From Candidatus Binatia bacterium (GTDB lineage: Bacteria > Desulfobacterota > Binatia > Bin18), in NCBI GenBank assembly GCA_963664395.2, contig OY761159.2, forward strand, positions 3,072,001-3,136,000: a DNA stretch of 64,000 bases. The letters are read 5' to 3'. The position numbers were made by a program, and so were the translations under genes. Below the pieces are notes generated by a model, which saw nothing but the letters and a program-made list of their open reading frames with translations, was not told the DNA's origin and ran no database searches. This document shows, piece by piece, positions 59,960 through 64,000 of this stretch; the stretch's first letter is position 1, and every line of letters begins with the position of its first letter.

Positions 59960-60658
59960 ATGAGCGCAATCACCTTGTATACCGCCCCGACTGCGAACGG
60001 GTGGAAAATCTCCATCGCCCTTGAAGAGCTTGGCATTGATTACGACACGGTGTATCTCCATTTCGACAAAAATGAGCAGAAGACGGCGGAGTTTCTCACA
60101 CTGAATCCGAATGGGCGCATTCCAGTCATAGTCGACCATGACAATGAGGAATTCGTACTCGCAGAATCGGGAGCGATTTTGCTCTACCTCGCAGAGCGGA
60201 GCGGCAAGCTCTGGCCGGCAGATCCCCAGCTTCGTCACCAGGCCATGCAGTGGCTCATGTTCCAGATGAGCGCGGTCGGCCCGATGCTCGGGCAGGCGAT
60301 GTTTTTTCAGCGCATCGCGGCACCAAAGGGCATTGTCGACGAATATGCGATCGAACGCTACGTCGAAGAATCGAAACGTCTGCTTGACATCTTGAATGAC
60401 GCGCTCCGCGACAATACGTATCTCTGCGGCGATTATTCGATGGTTGATATTGCCACATTTCCTTGGGCGCGCGCGTATCGTTGGGCCAACGTCGATGTCT
60501 CGGACCTCACGCACCTGACAGCCTGGCTCGCGCGCATCGAAGCCCGCGAGGCCGTACAGCGCGGGCTGTGCGTCCCGGCTGGCAAGCCCCGATTCGACTA
60601 CAGCGACGACGAACTGAAAGCGGCGGCACAGCGCAATGCCCAACTGTACGACGCCTGA
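59960..60658 (+). CDS. Glutathione S-transferase, Nu class (YfcG-like)
   Basis: PTANGWK, LNPNGRIP, ESGAILLYLAE and QWLMFQM motifs. Confidence 0.92.
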   Translation: MSAITLYTAPTANGWKISIALEELGIDYDTVYLHFDKNEQKTAEFLTLNPNGRIPVIVDHDNEEFVLAESGAILLYLAERSGKLWPADPQLRHQAMQWLMFQMSAVGPMLGQAMFFQRIAAPKGIVDEYAIERYVEESKRLLDILNDALRDNTYLCGDYSMVDIATFPWARAYRWANVDVSDLTHLTAWLARIEAREAVQRGLCVPAGKPRFDYSDDELKAAAQRNAQLYDA

Positions 60659-60713
60659 GCAAGGGTATGCATCCCGAAGAATGTGTTGGACTGAAGCCTT
60701 ACAAACACTGCGG

Positions 60714-60737
60714 GGTTCTGGCAAGTTATTGGGCAGA
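60714..60737 (+). mobile_element. Solitary IS6-like terminal repeat
   Basis: GGTTCTGGCAAGTTATTGGGCAGA resembles the right end of the 63770-63930 element (GGCGCTGTCAAGTTATTGGGACAGA). Confidence 0.55.
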
Positions 60738-60759
60738 GTAAAAACGAAGGAGGAATACC

Positions 60760-61851
60760 ATGACAACAGCTATATCACACCAGAACGATCAGCCTCTCTT
60801 ACCGGGTCGTCTCGGCAATCCTGACCAGGTCTTGAAGACCGATCCGCGCACTGATCCCCGCTTGGTTACCGCCTGTGCGCCCTTTAAGCTCGACGTGGCC
60901 CTGCCGCCCGTGCCGGTCAACGCGGACTCGCCCTTGCCGGAGCAGCTCGACTTCTGTGCGGCAAGCGAGGCTGGCATGGCAACGGTGTTTGCCGCCCTGT
61001 GCGCTGACCTGCCGGCGATTCCGAATGTTGAGCGGCGGACCGAGGTCATCAAAGGCGTGGACGGTAACGACATCAATCTGTACATTCATACGCCTCAGAA
61101 TGTGTCTGGCCCGCTGCCCTGTGTGTATCATATGCACGGCGGCGGCATGGTTATCCTGACAGCCGATGATCCATCTTATCGACGCTGGCGCGACGAACTC
61201 GCGGCCCTCGGCATGATCGCCGTTGGGGTGGAATTCCGTAATGGCGCGGGCAAGCTTGGCAACCATCCGTTTCCGGCCGGCCTCAACGACTGCACGAGCG
61301 GACTGCAATGGACGTTTGACCACAAGGCCAGCCTGGGGGTCTCGAAGATCATTGTGTCCGGTGAGTCTGGCGGAGGGAATCTCGCTCTGGCCACGTGTTT
61401 GCAGGCCAAGCAGGACGGACGCCTTGAACACATTGCTGGCGTCTACGCCTTGTGCCCGTACATTTATGGCGGGTGGGCACAGCCGAGTCAGGAGCTTCGC
61501 TCCCTCTACGAGAACGACAACTACTTGATCAACTGCCACCAGATGGAGGTGCTGGCAGGCGTCTATGACCCTGAAGGTAAAAACGCTAAAAATCCGCTGT
61601 GCTGGCCGTACTGGGCCACAGGCGAAGACCTGCAGGGGTTGCCCCCGCACGTCATCTCGGTCAACGAATTGGACCCCCTGCGGGACGAGGGGCTCATCTA
61701 TTATCAGATGCTCATGGCAGCGGGGACGCCAGTATACAGTCGGACCGTCAACGGGACCTGCCACGCCGCCGACGTCCTTTTCCCCAAAGCGATCCCGGAC
61801 GTATACGCTGCCACCATCCGCGATATCAAAGGGTTTGCAGATTCGCTGTAG
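60760..61851 (+). CDS. Alpha/beta hydrolase (HSL-family esterase)
   Basis: HGGG, GESGG, DPLRDEG and GTCH catalytic motifs. Confidence 0.93.
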   Translation: MTTAISHQNDQPLLPGRLGNPDQVLKTDPRTDPRLVTACAPFKLDVALPPVPVNADSPLPEQLDFCAASEAGMATVFAALCADLPAIPNVERRTEVIKGVDGNDINLYIHTPQNVSGPLPCVYHMHGGGMVILTADDPSYRRWRDELAALGMIAVGVEFRNGAGKLGNHPFPAGLNDCTSGLQWTFDHKASLGVSKIIVSGESGGGNLALATCLQAKQDGRLEHIAGVYALCPYIYGGWAQPSQELRSLYENDNYLINCHQMEVLAGVYDPEGKNAKNPLCWPYWATGEDLQGLPPHVISVNELDPLRDEGLIYYQMLMAAGTPVYSRTVNGTCHAADVLFPKAIPDVYAATIRDIKGFADSL

Positions 61852-62047
61852 AGCCGGCGTAGGGGGCTCAGTATTATGGAACAGATTGCGTCGTTTGTTC
61901 CTATGCTGTGGCCCTCCTGGCGTAAAGTGAGGCAGGCCGGTGGTCTGTCTGACCCTACTGCCAGGCCCGTTGTTACTTCTTGCCAGGTTATGCCAGCTCG
62001 CCTGAGGGGGTTCGGCTGACGGCGTGAACACCGAGGAGGAAGACCAC

Positions 62048-62824
62048 ATGGCAGATTATATCGACATCGAACAGGCCAAAACCCTGGACGGATTACGGAT
62101 TGTTGCCCCTCCGGGCCGCCCCAACCCGTGGGCCGAGGGGCTCAAGGGTATGTGTCACATCAAGAACCTGCCGTACGTGCTGGTCGGCAAAGCGCCTGGG
62201 CACGATGCCGTCTTGCAGGACTGGACCCGTCAGAGCAGCGCGCCCGTAGCCGTCTGGAATGAGGAACGGCCGCGCACCACCTGGAATGAACAACTCTATT
62301 TGGTTGAGCGGCTTGCCCCGCAGCCCTCGCTCGTGCCGGACGATGAGACCGATCGCATTCTCATGTTCGGGCTGTGTAACGAGTTGTGTGGTGAGGCTGG
62401 CTTTGGCTGGTCCCGCCGTATCATGATCGTCCATGGTATCTTGTCTAACCCGGAGGTGGGCGAGCAAGGTAAAGCGGCGGCGTCCTACTTGGGCGGCAAG
62501 TACGGCTATAGCCCGGCCACCGCCGAAGCCGTCCCCCAGCGCGTCGCCCAGATCCTGCGAACCTTGAGTGGCCGGTTAGCCGAGCAGCAGGCCCAAGGCC
62601 GCCAGTATCTGATCGGGAACACACTGTCCGCCTTGGACATTTATTGGTCCACATTTGCCGTGCTCGTCGCACCCCTGCCGCTCGATCTGTGTCCGATGGA
62701 CGCAGCCTTCCGGGCCTCGTTTGTGAATACCGACTCCGTGGTGACTGAGGCGCTGTCTCCCCAATTATTAGAGCACCGCGACCGGATTTATCGCGACCAT
62801 TTACGACTGCCTATGGACTTTTAA
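62048..62824 (+). CDS. GST-like protein
   Basis: QSSAPVA, LVERLAPQPSL and YLIGNTLSALDIYW (GST C-terminal motif). Confidence 0.75.
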   Translation: MADYIDIEQAKTLDGLRIVAPPGRPNPWAEGLKGMCHIKNLPYVLVGKAPGHDAVLQDWTRQSSAPVAVWNEERPRTTWNEQLYLVERLAPQPSLVPDDETDRILMFGLCNELCGEAGFGWSRRIMIVHGILSNPEVGEQGKAAASYLGGKYGYSPATAEAVPQRVAQILRTLSGRLAEQQAQGRQYLIGNTLSALDIYWSTFAVLVAPLPLDLCPMDAAFRASFVNTDSVVTEALSPQLLEHRDRIYRDHLRLPMDF

Positions 62825-62912
62825 GGTTCTGTCAGGGTATAGCGATTTCGTTAACAACCCGCTCCGATCTACTAGCTGGTGTGAATGGGAGCGCTACCGA
62901 AGGAGGCGAAAA

Positions 62913-63746
62913 GTGATCCGTGTAACCGACGCAATGCGACAAGCTTTCTCAAGCGATGGCGTGATCAAAGCTGAGGGGCTTTTGAGTGCGGCTGAACTCG
63001 CCGAGTGTCGGCGTTGTTTGGACTTCAACCTCGCGAACCCAGGCCCGACGGCTCTCGATATCTACGCAGGCACGAGCGATTCGCACTACAACGATCTCGG
63101 CACCGCCAAATCACTCGAAGTCTACCGACCGATGCTGGAGAAACTGGCTTTCGCGGAGTTCCTCGCAGATCTCTGGGGGTCGGAGCATGTCTGGTATTTC
63201 GGTGAGGAGATTTTTGTTAAAGACGGTGGAAAAGCTGGTCGTACCCTGTGGCACCAAGATATGCCCTATTTCCCGGCCGAAGGGTCTCATCTGGCGAATA
63301 TCTGGATCAGTTTCGAGGCCCTGCCGGCTCGGAACGCCCTGGAAGTAATCAAGGGCTCCCATCGCGGCCCCATGTACGATGGTGCGGCGTTTATGGACTC
63401 CAAGGACCCGACAAGGCCCCTGTGGGGCGCCGCGCATTTTCCACGCTTGCCGGACATCGAAGCCGAGCGGGCCAAGGATCCAAATTCATGGGACGCGCGC
63501 TCTTGGGATTTGGAACTCGGTGATGCCGTCGTGCTTCATTCGGGGGCGTTGCACGGCGGAGCGCCGGTCGATGCCGCCTGCCCGACCCGCCATACCGTAG
63601 TGCTGCGTTTCTTCGGTGACGATCTCCGCTATCGGCCCTTCCCGGACGCCAAACCTGATTACTTCATGGATCTGCGCGCCTTTGATGTCGGCTCGCTGAA
63701 AGCCGGCGATTTGTACAGAGGTGAGCATTTCTTGCAGTTGCGTTGA
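62913..63746 (+). CDS. Phytanoyl-CoA dioxygenase (PhyH) family Fe/2OG dioxygenase
   Basis: TLWHQD, NIWISF, GSHRG, GDAVVLH...LHG and terminal R motif. Confidence 0.92.
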   Translation: MIRVTDAMRQAFSSDGVIKAEGLLSAAELAECRRCLDFNLANPGPTALDIYAGTSDSHYNDLGTAKSLEVYRPMLEKLAFAEFLADLWGSEHVWYFGEEIFVKDGGKAGRTLWHQDMPYFPAEGSHLANIWISFEALPARNALEVIKGSHRGPMYDGAAFMDSKDPTRPLWGAAHFPRLPDIEAERAKDPNSWDARSWDLELGDAVVLHSGALHGGAPVDAACPTRHTVVLRFFGDDLRYRPFPDAKPDYFMDLRAFDVGSLKAGDLYRGEHFLQLR

Positions 63747-63769
63747 GCCCGCTCGCGGGGGGTGGCAAC

Positions 63770-63930
63770 GGTACTGTCAACTTAACGAAGGGCTTGCCAA
63801 CGGAGTTTCGAGATCAAGCCTTTACGGCCTGGCGAGAGGTAAGGGTAGGCTTGCCCGCAGCCTAAGGAGAATCCCCATCCGAGCTCACACGACGGAAGTT
63901 CGCATTCTGTCCCAATAACTTGACAGCGCC
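63770..63930 (+). mobile_element. 161-bp internally deleted IS6-family element (MITE-like)
   Basis: Imperfect TIRs GGTACTGTCAACTTA / GGCGCTGTCAAGTTA (rc); interior encodes EFRDQAFTAWREVRVGLPAA*, resembling an IS6 transposase C-terminus. Confidence 0.75.
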
Positions 63931-64000
63931 TGTTGACGCCTCCGTCTCGGCCAGGAACACCGCCGGTGGGCTAGTGGAACCCCAGCCCGGGCAGTGGGCC

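Noticed and set aside
62825-62836. GGTTCTGTCAGG as a further IS6 end
   Set aside because: Similarity is limited to about 10 nt, too short to separate from chance.
63775-64000. HEARO/omegaRNA of an IscB element (GTCAAC...GGGCTTG start)
   Set aside because: Better explained by IS6-type TIRs plus a transposase C-terminal remnant; no IscB/TnpB ORF in the window.

Overview
64-kb bacterial chromosomal window with moderately high GC. It opens with a conserved envelope operon (3' part of bamA, skp, fabZ, lpxA, lpxI), a coupled secreted YVTN beta-propeller gene and tRNA-Ala(GGC). The remaining ~56 kb is accessory and mostly oxidative catabolism: a single-chain biotin carboxylase, HpaB-type and acyl-CoA-dehydrogenase-type enzymes, Rieske dioxygenases, three Baeyer-Villiger monooxygenases, LLM oxidoreductases, amidohydrolases, esterases, GSTs and a 3-sulfinopropanoyl-CoA desulfinase. 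It also holds secreted FG-GAP and metzincin proteins, and a type I R-M system with a REP-associated tyrosine transposase (RAYT) between hsdM and hsdS. This gene content resembles Candidatus Binatia-like deltaproteobacteria, possibly sponge-associated (inference only). Best candidates for undescribed biology: (i) a Zn-finger/DUF5678-like gene paired with a retropepsin-like protease behind a palindromic operator; (ii) RAYT genes that carry their own REP pair inside the ORF, one copy broken exactly at that REP; (iii) an unnamed ~135-185 aa module shared by two unrelated secreted proteins; (iv) a window-wide series of deletion chimeras (RelE::P450, small protein::Rieske, TTC38, mini-IS6); (v) an orphan Gp5/VgrG OB-fold fusion. 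No CRISPR array or rRNA was seen. All calls are from motif recognition by eye; no searches were run.
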